A stretch of 64,000 nt of DNA from an uncultured Gammaproteobacteria bacterium (GTDB lineage: Bacteria; Pseudomonadota; Gammaproteobacteria; Steroidobacterales; Rariloculaceae): positions 467,331 through 531,330 of the forward strand of contig CAWAYS010000005.1 of assembly GCA_963786385.1 (NCBI GenBank). Direction: 5' to 3'. The notes under the pieces were generated by a model. The model ran no database searches and was not told the DNA's origin. It saw only the letters and a program-made list of their open reading frames with translations. Positions 1-11,354 of the stretch are shown piece by piece (positions within the stretch are counted from its first letter, which is position 1; every line of letters begins with the position of its first letter). Made by a program: the position numbers and the translations under genes.

Positions 1-823
1 GGCACGTTGGTTTCGAGCTCGAGCATCGTCGGCATCTGGATCAGCGGCACGTCGATCTCCATGGATCGTTTGGCCGGCCGACGTCGGCATGAAGCCGTCG
101 TAGATGTGTCCCATCTCGGGCGTTCTGATAAACCATGTGCGCCGGTAGATAATTGATCAGCGTGCCGGAGCTCATCGAGCTGCCCGACATGACCATCTTG
201 CGGACCTTGAGCTTGCCGAGAGGCCCGTGATCACTTTTCACGAGTGCGCCGACCTGCGCGAGGATGTCGTTGGCCTGGCCGTCTTCGGTATGCGAGGTCT
301 TCGTAGCGCTCCGCGTTGAACGCGACGAACTGATCGGGAGACGTCGTCACGATTTCCACGGCCGCATGTGCCGGAGTCCATGACGTAAGGGCGCGGTAAA
401 TTCGAAGGCGTGAGCGGCGCCGCTCGAGTGCATCGATTCGGCGAGCACGAGGCCGCTGAACTTCTTGGGATCGTGGGGCTGCCGCACGACGACGCGCGTC
501 GTATAGGGCCGGCCATCGGCCGTGCCCGAGACGAAGTACTCGTGCGTGTCGTAACGAAAGTGTTTCGGGTCGAGTCCGGGGGCCTGGGACGGAGCGGAAT
601 CGAACATTGCTCCCGGCCCCTTGATCTGTGCCGACAGCGTCGGAAGCGCCACGACCGTCGGATGGTCCGGCAGCTCGAGCCGGGCCCGAAACCTGGGCGG
701 ACCGCCACGCCCCGGCGCCGGGCCGACAGGCGGTTGGGCCGCGACGATGCTTGCCAGGGCTATGAGACTGACCGCACCGAGCGTTGCGGCGAATTTCGGA
801 CCGACGAGCGCGAACGGCATCGA
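1..823 (-). CDS. Secreted alpha/beta-hydrolase-like protein. It runs off the window start (3' partial) and is split over at least three frames near 240 and 350.
   Basis: ORF 347..874 has an N-terminal signal peptide (MPFALVGPKFAATLGAVSLIALASIVAAQP) and a plausible globular domain. The reading continues in ORFs 231..1082 (tail) and 41..241 (KVRKMVMSGSSMSSG, a GxSxG-like nucleophile elbow) in other frames. Confidence 0.35.
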
Positions 824-925
824 ATTTTCCCCAAAGACAGCCGAGTCGGGGGAACATACGATAAACCCTGCCAAAAAAGAACCTGGCGCTCGCCGAGCCG
901 TTCTGCAGCGAGAGCTCAGGAGGGG

Positions 926-1126
926 TCACTTCGCGTTGCGTACGGCCTGCCTGAGACGGCTGCGTTCGACGATCGAGCGTCGCTCCGCCGGGTCGGCTTC
1001 GTTCCAGCCGACGATTTCCTCGAGCGACCGCCCGCAGCCGATGCAGATGTCGTCGTCGTCTAAGCAACAGGTTCGGACGCACGGTGACGGGACCTCGGTC
1101 GCCGGCGTGCGGCCGTGCCTAGCCAT
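926..1126 (-). CDS. DUF1289-family small putative Fe-S protein
   Basis: The 66-aa ORF contains SPCVRTCCLDDDDICIGCGRSLEEIVGWNEADPAERR. This matches the DUF1289 signature (SPCxxxCxLD…CxGCxRtxeEIxxW). Confidence 0.6.
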   Translation of the reverse strand: MARHGRTPATEVPSPCVRTCCLDDDDICIGCGRSLEEIVGWNEADPAERRSIVERSRLRQAVRNAK

Positions 1127-1188
1127 CGGCCCCAGTCTCCGATCGGAAAAGCCGTGTCAGCATCGCCGTGTGCCGAGCGCCTCCGCGC

Positions 1189-1989
1189 TCATTCGGTGGG
1201 GTCGGTGTCCAGGCGCGCTATCCAGCCCGCCGTTCGTGCATCGTGGGCGGGATATCGCGAGAGCACGAGCGGATCGTGGCCGGGAATCACGTGAGCATTC
1301 GAAGTTGCGAGCCGGCGCAACGTGTTGTAGCCCTCGAGCATGTCGCCCAAGTTGTAGAGCACCCGGAACGCGCGGCCGGTATCGATGTGCGCATAGAAGT
1401 GCGTGGCATCCGAAGCGAGAACGACGTGGCCGCGACGAGTTGCGACGCGAACGCATTGTAAGCCTTTGGTGTGGCCGCCGATCTTGTGCACGGTGATGCC
1501 GGGGGCGATCTCGTCCGCGCCGTCGTGAAACCGCACGCGTCCTGCGAAAACCCGATGCACCATGCGGGCGACGTCATCGGCTTCGAACGCATGATTGATT
1601 TGCTGGTGGCACATACATCGCCCCGTGACGTACTCCATCTCGGTGTCTTGAAGATGAAACGTCGCGTTGGGAAAGAGTGCGCCGTTGCCACAGTGGTCGT
1701 AGTGCATGTGCGTGACGATCACGTCGTGTACGTCGGTGTGCCGAATGCCGAGCGCCTCGAGCCCGTCCTCGACCGGATGCACGATCTTACGGTCACGCTT
1801 CTGGGCCATGGTTGCATCGAATCCCGTGTCGACAACGATCGTTCGACCCTCGCCGACGACGGCCCAAACGTAGTAGTCCAGAGGCATGTCGGAGTTTTCG
1901 TGCGGGTCGCCATCGATGAAATTGCCCCAGGCCTGGCGGTCGACTTGCGCGTATTTGATGGCGAAGACTTCGTACAACGGCGTGCTCAT
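1189..1989 (-). CDS. MBL-fold metallo-hydrolase (AHL-lactonase-like)
   Basis: HMHYDHCGN (HxHxDH) and downstream His/Asp ligands are present. The start MSTPLYEVFAIKY has a GGGAGAG RBS. The first 68 codons of ORF 1189..2193 do not look like coding sequence. Confidence 0.8.
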   Translation of the reverse strand: MSTPLYEVFAIKYAQVDRQAWGNFIDGDPHENSDMPLDYYVWAVVGEGRTIVVDTGFDATMAQKRDRKIVHPVEDGLEALGIRHTDVHDVIVTHMHYDHCGNGALFPNATFHLQDTEMEYVTGRCMCHQQINHAFEADDVARMVHRVFAGRVRFHDGADEIAPGITVHKIGGHTKGLQCVRVATRRGHVVLASDATHFYAHIDTGRAFRVLYNLGDMLEGYNTLRRLATSNAHVIPGHDPLVLSRYPAHDARTAGWIARLDTDPTE

Positions 1990-2147
1990 AGCGTCTAGCT
2001 CTCCCGGCCGGACGCGGTCGCCCGGTATTTCACTGTCAGGGGGCGATTGTACTCGTGAGATCTCCCCGGGTGTCGCGCAGGCGTCTACAATCGGTCCCGT
2101 TTCGTCCCGCCGTCCCTTTCTCCATCGACAAAGAGGAACGAATCCCA

Positions 2148-3052
2148 TGAACGAGCAAGAAATAGACAAGACGCCGGAAGCCGGCGCAGGCAACGATTTG
2201 TCCCGTCGCGACTTCGTCGCCTATTCGCTGGCCGCCGGTGTGGCCGCGGCGGCGGGTCGTGCGTCGGCCGAAGGTATGTCCGTGGTCGAGAAGGAAGTGT
2301 TGATCGAGACGCCGGACGGGACGTGCGACGCAGTGTTCATTTACCCCACGGCCGGCGCCCACGCCGGGGTGCTCGTCTGGACCGACGCCTTCGGTTTGCG
2401 ACCCTCGATGCGCGATATCGGCAAGCGAATCGCGGCGGAGGGCTACAGCGTGCTCGTTCCGAATCCGTTCTATCGGGCCGCGAAGGCGCCCGTCTTCGAC
2501 GACCCTTCGTCATTCGATTTCACCAACCAGGACGACCGTGCGAAGCTGCAGGGGCTCATGGGGCCGCTCAATGCGCCCAGGAATGCGGAGAGAGACGCTG
2601 CGGCCTACATCGCGTGGCTCGATACCCAACCGCAAGTCGACAAGAGCAAAAAGATCGGCACTCAGGGCTATTGCATGGGCGGGCCGCTCGTCGTGAAGAC
2701 GGCAGCCACGGTGCCCGAGCGCGTCGGCGCGGGTGCGTCTTTCCATGGCGGCGGTCTCGTGACCGATCAGCCGACGAGTCCGCATCTGCTCGCTTCGAAG
2801 ATCAAGGCGACCATGTACTTCGGCATTGCCGCGAACGACGACCAGCGCCAACCGGACGCAAAAGACAAGCTGCGCGAAGCGTTTGCAGGGGCTCACGTGC
2901 CGGCCGAGATCGAGGTCTATCACGGCTCCAATCACGGCTGGTGCGTGCCGGATATGCCGAAAGGCGCCGACGGCAAACCTATCTACAACAAGCCGGACGC
3001 TGAGCGCGCCTGGACCAAGCTCGAAGCCCTCTACAAAAGAGCGCTCGCCTAA
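2148..3052 (+). CDS. Dienelactone hydrolase family protein, Tat-secreted
   Basis: Tat motif SRRDFVAYSLAAGVAAAAG, a DLH-like fold with GYCMGG nucleophile, and an AAGAGGAA RBS before ATG at 2148. Confidence 0.8.
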
Positions 3053-3206
3053 CGCCCCCGAACCCGCGCGTGGCGGTCTCACGCCACGTCGAAGTGGCTG
3101 CGCGTTCGAGGCACCGCGTCGCGCCACGCGTGCCGGGACGCTCGCGCGCACGGATGCGCGCGGCGAGCCTACACGGACGTATTTACGATACTCCCGGTGA
3201 CGACGC

Positions 3207-4688
3207 CTATCGCACGATGAACGGGTTCGGCGTTTTCTGCCCGCTCGCGTCGATCCAGACGCTCTTCTCCTGAACGAACTCGCGAATCGCCAGCAACCCG
3301 CTTTCGCGTCCGAAGCCCGAGCGCTTGTAGCCGCCGAAAGGCGACAGCGGGCTCGAAACGCGATACGTGTTGATCCAAACGGTGCCGGCCTCGAGCTCGT
3401 GCGCCATCTTCAGACACCGGCCTATGTCCGCCGTCCAAACGCCGGCCGCTAGCCCGTACTGCGTGCCGTTGGCAATTTGCAGAGCTTCGTCGTCGCTGTC
3501 GAAAGTGAGTACGGAGAGCACTGGCCCGAAAACCTCCTCTTGGGCGATCCGCATGTCCGGAGTCACACCGGTGAACACGGTCGGCTCGACGAACCAACCG
3601 TCGCCGAGCTCGGGGCGCTGCGCGGGACCGCCTCCGAGCACGCATTTGGCGCCCTGGCTCTTGGCAAGGTCGATGTAGCCCAGCACCTTCGAGTATTGGG
3701 GCTGAGTCGTAATCGGGCCAACTTGTGTCGTCTCCTGCAGCGGGTCCCCCATGCGCGCCGTGCGAGCGAGCTCGAGAAACCTGGCGACGAATTCGTCGTG
3801 AATCGATTCGTGGATCAATGCACGCGAGCCCGCCACGCACGTCTGACCCGTGGCCGCAAAGATGCCCGACACGACGCCTTTCACGGCGTTGTCGAGATCG
3901 GCATCGGCAAACACGATGTTTGCGGACTTGCCGCCGAGCTCCATCGTCACGGGCTTCAGGCCGCGCGCGGCGGTTTGGTAGACCAGGGTGCCCGTGGCGT
4001 CGCCACCGGTGAAGCAGATCTTGGCGACGTCGGGATGGCCGACGAGGGCGTCGCCGATCTCGTTGCCGAAACCCGTCACGATATTCACGACGCCGGGCGG
4101 TAAGCCGGCTGCCTCGAAGATCGGTGCCATCTCGAGCGCCGACACCGACGAGTGCTCGGAGGGCTTCCAGACGAAGGTGTTGCCGGCGGCAAGCGCCGGC
4201 GCCATCTTCCATGCCGCAAGCATGAGCGGCGAGTTCCACGGCACGATGGCCGCCACGACGCCCAGCGGCTCCTCGAGCGTGAAGTTGAACATTCCGGGCC
4301 GGTCGATCGGGATCACGCGGCCTTCGAGCTTGTCGGCAAGGCCCGCATAGTAGCGGAACCATTCCGGCAGATAGCGCAGCTGTGCGCGCATCTCGAGGAT
4401 GAGCTTGCCGTTGTCGCGTGTCTCGATCGCGGCGAGCTCGTCCGCGCGGGCGGCGATCCCGTCGGCCAACATGTGAAGCAGCTTCCCGCGCGCGCTGGGG
4501 GTGAGTCCGCGCCATTCCGGGCTCTTGAGCGCACGGCGCGCGGCCGCGACGCCCCGCTCGACGTCTTCCGGTGTGCCACGGGGGATCAGTGCCCATGGTT
4601 TGCCCGTGTAGGGGTTCAGCGACTCGAACCACTCGCCGCGCGCGGCGTCGACTCGCTCGCCGCCGATCAGCATTTGATGTTTTTGCAC
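3207..4688 (-). CDS. NAD(P)+-dependent aldehyde dehydrogenase
   Basis: The 493-aa ORF has full ALDH motifs: GGKSANIVF, catalytic Cys in TGQTCVAGSR, and ELGGKS. Confidence 0.9.
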   Translation of the reverse strand: MQKHQMLIGGERVDAARGEWFESLNPYTGKPWALIPRGTPEDVERGVAAARRALKSPEWRGLTPSARGKLLHMLADGIAARADELAAIETRDNGKLILEMRAQLRYLPEWFRYYAGLADKLEGRVIPIDRPGMFNFTLEEPLGVVAAIVPWNSPLMLAAWKMAPALAAGNTFVWKPSEHSSVSALEMAPIFEAAGLPPGVVNIVTGFGNEIGDALVGHPDVAKICFTGGDATGTLVYQTAARGLKPVTMELGGKSANIVFADADLDNAVKGVVSGIFAATGQTCVAGSRALIHESIHDEFVARFLELARTARMGDPLQETTQVGPITTQPQYSKVLGYIDLAKSQGAKCVLGGGPAQRPELGDGWFVEPTVFTGVTPDMRIAQEEVFGPVLSVLTFDSDDEALQIANGTQYGLAAGVWTADIGRCLKMAHELEAGTVWINTYRVSSPLSPFGGYKRSGFGRESGLLAIREFVQEKSVWIDASGQKTPNPFIVR

Positions 4689-4724
4689 GGATGCTCCGAT
4701 GACGGTTGTGCCCGGTCGGTCGCG

Positions 4725-5108
4725 CTACTTGCCGCCGTCGAGATCGGCCAGCGCCTCTTTGGCGAGCCGGAAGGAGTCGACGGCGGCCGGCACGCCGGCA
4801 TAAATCGCGACCTGCAAAAGCGTCTCCCGAATCTCGTCTTTGGTCACGCCGTTGCGAATAGCGCCTTTGACGTGGGTCTTGAGCTCGTGGGGCCGGTTCA
4901 GGCAGCTCAGCATCGCGATGTTCAGGAGGCTGCGCGTCTTCTTCGGAAGGCCCTCACGGCCCCACACGGCACCCCAGCAGTATTCCGTCACGAGCTCCTG
5001 CAGCGGCATGTTGAAGTCGTCGGCCGTGGCAAACGCTTTGTCCACGAAGTCCGCGCCGATGACCGACTTTCTGATCGCGAGGCCCTTGTCGAAGAGTTCT
5101 TTGTTCAT
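4725..5108 (-). CDS. Carboxymuconolactone decarboxylase family protein
   Basis: The segment MNKELFDKGLAIRKSVIGADFVDKA…HVKGAIRNGVTKDEIRETLLQVAIYAGVPAA is typical CMD (PcaC/AhpD-like). The upstream part of ORF 4725..5363 is non-coding. Confidence 0.75.
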   Translation of the reverse strand: MNKELFDKGLAIRKSVIGADFVDKAFATADDFNMPLQELVTEYCWGAVWGREGLPKKTRSLLNIAMLSCLNRPHELKTHVKGAIRNGVTKDEIRETLLQVAIYAGVPAAVDSFRLAKEALADLDGGK

Positions 5109-5370
5109 GATCGTCCTTTGTTTGATTTGAGGGCGCGACGGGGTGCGCCGCGGCGGTGACAAGGTTACTGGCGAAACGTCCGTCATTCCATGTGCTCGAG
5201 CCGATCGGGCGCTCGGACGTGCGTGGTCGCCGGGGAGCAATTGGGTGTCGATGATTCTGGAAGCTGCACCACCAGCCGGGTTGGAGCGAGTGCGACCCCC
5301 GAACTTGGGCGCGAGCTGCAGCCGCCATCGAGCGGCGGCGCGGCTCGAGCGCCGCGCCGCCATCCAAGGG

Positions 5371-8033
5371 TCAGAAAGTGAAGCTCAGGCTGACGCCGAG
5401 CTCGCGGGAGCGGCCAACGATCGAGAAGTCGTAGCCCCAAATGTCGCGCGTGTCGAACCCGCCGTTTACGTACTGCTCGTCCGTGAGATTCTTGCCCCAG
5501 ATCTCGACGCTGTAGTTGCGAGCCGGCGGCTCGTAGACGAGTCGCGCGTTGAACAGTCCGTAAGCCGGCTCGAGCACGAGGTTGCCGTTCTCGTCGACGC
5601 GAGTGCGCTGGTATGCCGCATCCCGCGCATACTCGCCCATGTAGCCGTAGTTCCCGACGACGGTAATCTGACCTCCGTTCGCGCATCGGAATGTCGTACA
5701 TGACGCCGACCGTGCCGCTCGTGTCCGCTGCATAAGCAAACGGAGCGCCGGGGTAGTTGCCCGTAACGCCGTCGAAGAATCCGGCTTGGATGTAGTTCGT
5801 GTCGATGAGGCCGAGGCCGCCGTTGATGCGCAGTCGCAACGTCGGTGCCCACACGAGCTCGAACTCCCAGCCGTTGGCCGTGCCTTCGCCTTCGCCGGAC
5901 TGATATGGATAGGGTTGAGTGTTGCCATTCGGGTCGCGCGGCAACAGTGTCACGCGCATGTTCGTCCACAACGAGTCGAAGTACGTAGCGTTGAACCGCA
6001 GCTTGCCCCCGAGCAGATCCGAGCGCAGCCCTATCTCTTTGTTCTCGATGATCTCCGGCGGGTAGCTGCACTGGGTTTGTGTCGGGTTGATGCGTGGCCC
6101 GCAACCATCGGGAACGACCGAGCTTTCGCCGATCGTGATGATCGGGCTGCTTGCCGACGTGAACCCCTCGGCATACGTGACGTACGCCATGATGTTGTCG
6201 GTCGCTTGGTATTGCGCCGCGAACTTGTAGGTGTGGATCGTCGGCGTGTCGGGATCTACCGTGACGCGCGTGATCGCACTGTAGGCGAACGGGTCGCCCT
6301 GCGGGCGGATGCCGGGATCGGGCGTCCTGAACGCGTCGCTCGGCGTGTACAGATAGTCACCGCCCGACTTGTCGCTGAGGCGAGCGCCAACCGTAATATC
6401 GAGCTTGTTCGTGACGCTGAACGTCGCTTCGCCGAACCAGGCCTTATCGTCGTCGTAGCCGCTGCTCAGGGAATCGTCGCTGATGAAGCTGAAGTTCCAG
6501 TTGTATCGGCAGCGGTTGTACGGGAACGAGCCCACCGGGCCGGCCGAGCGTGCAGTCGGACGGCGTCAGCATGTTACCTCCCGACGGAACGCCGGGTATG
6601 GTCGTCCCGTTCAAGCCGAGCAGATAGGCCGTGTCGCGCACGTACTCGTTGTATTCGACGTTCACGGCGGGGTCGCCGGGGCCGGTATTCGGGATGGCAA
6701 ATTCCCACATGCCCCAGCGGTAGAACCGCTGCCTGAGATCCTCTTTGAGGCGATAGTAGCCGCCGAGCCAGCTGATGCGGTTGTCGAGCGCGGATCCGGA
6801 CAGATGAAACTCCATCGACTTGTTGTGCCGGAATTGCACGATGTCGTCCGTGGTGATGATGAACTCCGTGCCGTCGAAGTCGACGACCTGTCGTTGGTCT
6901 TGTTGCCAATCGGACAGGATTCCTTCGAAGTGCAGCTTGTCGTTGATGTCCCACTCGGCGGTCAACGTGCTGTACTTGAGATCCGCCATGATGCCGTCTT
7001 GCATCGAGTCGGATTTCGTCTGCCACTTGCCGACTTCGCCGGGCGCGAAGTAAATCCCTTCGAGGGTGCCGCCGGGCCAATTCGTCGTGTGCGTGGTCGG
7101 CGTGAATGCCGACGCGGGATTTCCCGTGTATCGCGCGCCAACTTGGCCATAGTCCGTAGGAGGAGTCGGCCACGCAGTGCCGTTGCAGCCGAACGTGTCG
7201 CCGGCATAGGCGGGGTTCGCCGCGCAAGCCGCGTCGGCGTCGGCCTGGTACGCCCCGAGCATCACGTTGTACGCCAACACCTTCGAGTTCAGGTAACGAG
7301 TCATGCGGTGAATCTTCGGGTCGGTGCCGCGCTTGCGCTCGTTGTTGTGAGTGAAGCGCAACGAGAAACGGTCGCTTGGCTCCCACAGCATGTCGGCGCG
7401 CAGGATCGAGTCGTCCTGAGAGCCGAAGTTCCACGGCACCGTGAGGCCCTCTATGAAGCCGTCGTTCTTATACGTTGCGGCGATGAATTTGGTCTTCACC
7501 GTATCCGTGATCGGCAAATCCACTGCAAGCGACGCATCGCGGCGGTTGAAATCGCCGACGTCGAGCTTCACGCGCGCGCCGAACTCGTCGGCAGGCTTCT
7601 TCGTCGTCATGTTGACTGCGCCGCCGTTCGTGTTGCGACCGAAGAGCGTGCCTTGCGGTCCGCGCAACACTTCGATGCGCTCCATTTCGGTGAAGTCCAT
7701 CTGCTGGAAGCCGAAGCCGTCCTGCCAGACGCCGTCGACATAGAGGCCGACGCCCGGAAGGCCGCGGATGTAGAAGTTTGCTTGCGCGCCGCCGGTGCCG
7801 GGATTGAGCACGACGTTCGGCACGTTGATGCCGAGGTCCCGCCCGTTCGTGATGCCGCCGAGCTCCAGCTGTTGCGCCGTGAACGCTTGAATCGACAGCG
7901 GTGTGTCTTGGAGATTGGTCTCACGACGCGTGGCCGTGACAATGATCTCCTCGAGCTGAGCGAACGCCGCTAATGGCGTGCAGCCCAACAGCGCCAGGAC
8001 GAGCGCCGCTGAGCGTAGCGTTTTCGTAGGCAT
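5371..8033 (-). pseudogene. TonB-dependent outer-membrane receptor with two frame changes (near 6535 and 5690)
   Basis: ORF 6444..8033 gives a signal peptide, TonB box (EEIIVTATRR) and plug domain. ORF 5183..6535 gives the barrel middle. ORF 5371..5928 gives the C-terminal barrel ending in the canonical terminal Phe (…GVSLSFTF). The three pieces are collinear but in different frames. Confidence 0.7.
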
Positions 8034-8375
8034 GTCATTTCCCCCTGTTTAAACGACTGAACTACACCTCCCGCTGGAAGAACGCCCATCCCTCCCTGGG
8101 CGGAACTCACTGCCAGCGACAGTTCTTTTGTGGGCCATTGGATCGGTTCCGGTAGTTCTTATCGGTCGTTGTTATTGGGGCCGCGAGGATGGCCGGAAAA
8201 GCAAGCAGGGAGCGACCAGCGCCGCTGAGCGCGAATACACGTGGCGGATGTATCGAGATACGCGAACGGAGTTCTCGCTCTGTCACTGCTCCACTCCCCC
8301 TTTGCAAGCAGGATCATCTCGAGAACCAGATTGTTGCCGATATCGCGCTGTGGGGCAACCGCTCGAGGTTGCGGT

Positions 8376-9900
8376 TCAGAACGTCGCGATGTGCTTCCGT
8401 GGGTGCGACAAGTCGCAGCCGTCTTGTTGCCGGCACAGCGCTTCGATCCGATCGGCCGTCTCCTGATACACCTCGACGGTCGAGCCGCGGCCATGCCCGC
8501 CCGCGCGGCCGAGCGCCGCATCGACAGGCGTCAGCCCTTGAGTGTCGGCAACGTCGATTCGTGCGCCGTGCGAGACGAGGTATTCGACCACGTCTGTCCA
8601 CCCCCAAAACGCGGCGCCGAACAGTGCGGTGCGGCCAATGCCGCGCGAGCCGCCGCTCGCGGCGCTCGTACGTGCATTTACGTTGGCGCCGGCGTCGAGC
8701 AGAACCTCGAGGGCCTCGATCGATTTCTGTTGGACGTTGTCGGTCAGATAGTGCGGGATGCCCGGTCCGTAGCCGCGCGGATCGCATTCCACCGAGCCGT
8801 AGCCGGCCGCCGCCATCGCGGGCGTGATCCCGCCTTCGTTCGGTAAGTCGAGGTTTGCGCCGTGCGCGATGAGCAGCCGCATGGCGCGGCGCGTCGAAGG
8901 TCTTTGCCGCGCGCAGCAGCGGCGTCGCACCCGTCGTCAGCATATTGTCGCAGCCGCGGTCGTCGCCGATATGCCGCCACGGTGCGTAGAGCTTGAGCTG
9001 CACGTTCGGATACGCGCCGGCGTCGAGCAGCATCTCGACGATCTCGAGGCTCGTGGTCTCGTCGGTCGAGGGGCGGTCGGGGCGGCCGCCGTGCGGCAAT
9101 GTGTCGAGATCGACGGCGGAATACAGCGGTGTGCGGCCCCACCAGTCCCACTTGTTCGGATTCGCGCCTGCCTCGATCAGGTACTTGGCGAGATCGAAGT
9201 GAAAATTGTCGATGGCGAGGAAGAGCGGGGTCACGTCCTTCGGATCGGACAGGTTCAGGTTCGCGCCGGCTTCGACGAGGGCCCGCGCGCATTCGACGCA
9301 GCCTTCGCGTGCCGCGAACATCAGCGGCGTCAGACCGCCGAAAGGCCGGTACATGCGGCGCGGCTCGGCCGTGACTTCGCGGGGCCAGCGTTGACGGCCG
9401 AGCGCGCGTCGACGTCGGCGCCGTGCGCGATCAGCAGCTTCACCATGGCCGGCTTGGCTCTGCGCGGCCGCCCACATGAGGGCCGTCTGCCCGCGCCACG
9501 CTTCGCGCGCATTGACGTCGGCGCCGCGATCGAGCAGCACTTTGGCGGCCTCGACGTGTTCGGCTGCGCGCGACGACCATGAGCGCCGTTTGCCCGTCGG
9601 CATTCGCGCGACTCGACATCGGCGCCGGCGTCGAGCAGAGCCTCGATCACGCGAGCGTCGCCGACGACCGCGGCCTCGGTCATCGGCGTCGATCCATACT
9701 CGTTGGCGCCTTCGCGTCGGCGCCGGCCGCGAGCAGCCGCGTGCACGAGCGCGAGCGTTGTCGTGGTAGACGGCCCAGTGCAGCGCGGTGGTGCCGTCGG
9801 GGCTGCGCGCGGATACGTCTGCGCCGTCTTCGATGGCCGCGAGCGCGCTCGTGGTGTCGTTCGATTGCGGCGCGCTTCGATCAAACCGGCGGCGCCGCGT
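8376..9900 (-). pseudogene. Ankyrin-repeat protein, fragmented over at least three frames
   Basis: Repeated ankyrin consensus appears in ORFs 8376..8930, 8314..9603 and 9330..10076: LLDAGANVNA, TPLMFAAREGCVECARALVEAGANLN, and VKLLIAHGADVDA. Confidence 0.55.
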
Positions 9901-9988
9901 GCCGTCCGGCGACGAGCAGTGCAGCAGCGCCGACAGATGCAGCGCCGGAATGCGTGCCGGGTTGCCGTCGGGCAGCGTGACACGTGCG

Positions 9989-11354
9989 TTAGACCTCCGT
10001 GAGCTCGCCCATGCTGTCGCCGACCGAATCGACGGGCACGCCGGCGCGGATCAGCAGCGTAAGCAGCAGGTCGCAAGCGGCGTATGGTCGGGGTAGCGCA
10101 AGTGCTGGTTGCCCTTGAGCGTGCCGCCGCCGATCGCCGAGCACGAGCGTCGGCAACGGAAAATTGTTGTGACGTTGCTGTTGCTCATGTTGCCGCCGTA
10201 GAGAAAGATCGAATTGTCGAGCATCGAGCCGCCGTCGCCGTCCGGCATCGTCGCCGAGCTTGCGTGAGGAAATCGGCGAAGACCTCGCTGTGATAGCGCT
10301 GCACGAGCGCGAGCTTCTCCATGGCGGCCTTGTTCTCGCCGTGATGGGAAAGCGGATGGAACGCTTCGGGCACGCCGATGTGGGCGTACGACTGGTTGCT
10401 GACCTCCGCGGCCATCATGAACGATGCGATGCGCGTCATGTTGGCTTGGAAGGCGGCCGCGATGAGATCGAACATGCAGCCGCAGAATGCTCGTCGAAGT
10501 TCGGCAGCGCGACCGGCACGTCGGGCAGGTCCGACGGCTTCGACAGATCGCGCTGGCCGAGCAATTCGATGCGCCGCTCGATCTCGCGGACGCTGTCGAG
10601 GTAGTCGTCGAAGATGGCGCGGTCGTGCGGGCCGAGCCGGCGCTTCAGCGCCGAGGCCTCGCTCGATGACCATGTCCAGCAAGCTCTGGTAATCGCGCGA
10701 GATGGCTCGCGCGCTCGCTCGGCGCTCGTGCCGCGGCCGAAGATCTTCTCGAACGCTTCGGCGCGGATCGAACTCCATCGGCAGCGGCGTCGTCGGCGTG
10801 CGGAACGAGATCGTGCTTGCCGTAGGCGCAGCCGTACGTGCCGTCGCAGGCGGCAGCTGCCGCCCTTCCTCTTCGGTCGCGACCTCGAGCGAGGGCAGAG
10901 GCGTTTCTTGGCCGATGTGCTGCGCCGCGATCTGATCGATCGTGACACCGCCGTAGCGGCGCGTGGCTCTGGCGCGGGTGCACGCAGCGACAGCCAGGTC
11001 GCCGGCAGTGATCGCGTGCACGGCGGAGCTTTCGGCCGGCTTGTTGCCGAGGCCGCTGACGACGGTCAGGTATTTTTTGTAGCGGCGCGAACGGCTCGAG
11101 GATGGGCTTGAGGTCGAAGTCGCGGCCCTCGATGTCCGGCGTCCAGCGGTTCATCTCCTTGCCGTAGCGCGTGTTGTTCATGATCGCGCCGTGCGGCAGG
11201 TAGAAGAATCCCATGCGCGGCTTCGGCGCGGCGGCCGTCTGCGCGAGCGCCGTCGCGGCCGGGCACCATCGCGTTCAGCAGCGGCAAGCCGATCGTCGCG
11301 CCGCCGGCGCGCAGCAGCGTGCGTCGTGGACAAGTGTTTCTTCGTGATGAACAT
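9989..11354 (-). pseudogene. DUF1552-family protein with a Tat signal and several frame changes
   Basis: The family N-terminus MFITKKHLS… starts at 11354. Collinear pieces follow in ORFs 10645..11214 (GFFYLPHGAIMNN…), 10185..11021 (…FMMAAEVSNQSYAHIGVPEAFHPLSHHG…), 10051..10248 (…NSIFLYGGNMSNSN…LRYPDHTPLA) and the last 25 codons (…LLLTLLIRAGVPVDSVGDSMGELTEV, stop at 9989). Confidence 0.6.

Noticed and set aside
5183-6535. ORF 5183..6535 and ORF 13661..14917 as independent genes with their full listed extents
   Set aside because: Their meaningful parts are collinear fragments of the TonB-dependent receptor and the MBL hydrolase respectively. The remaining stretches are out-of-frame read-through of neighbouring genes.
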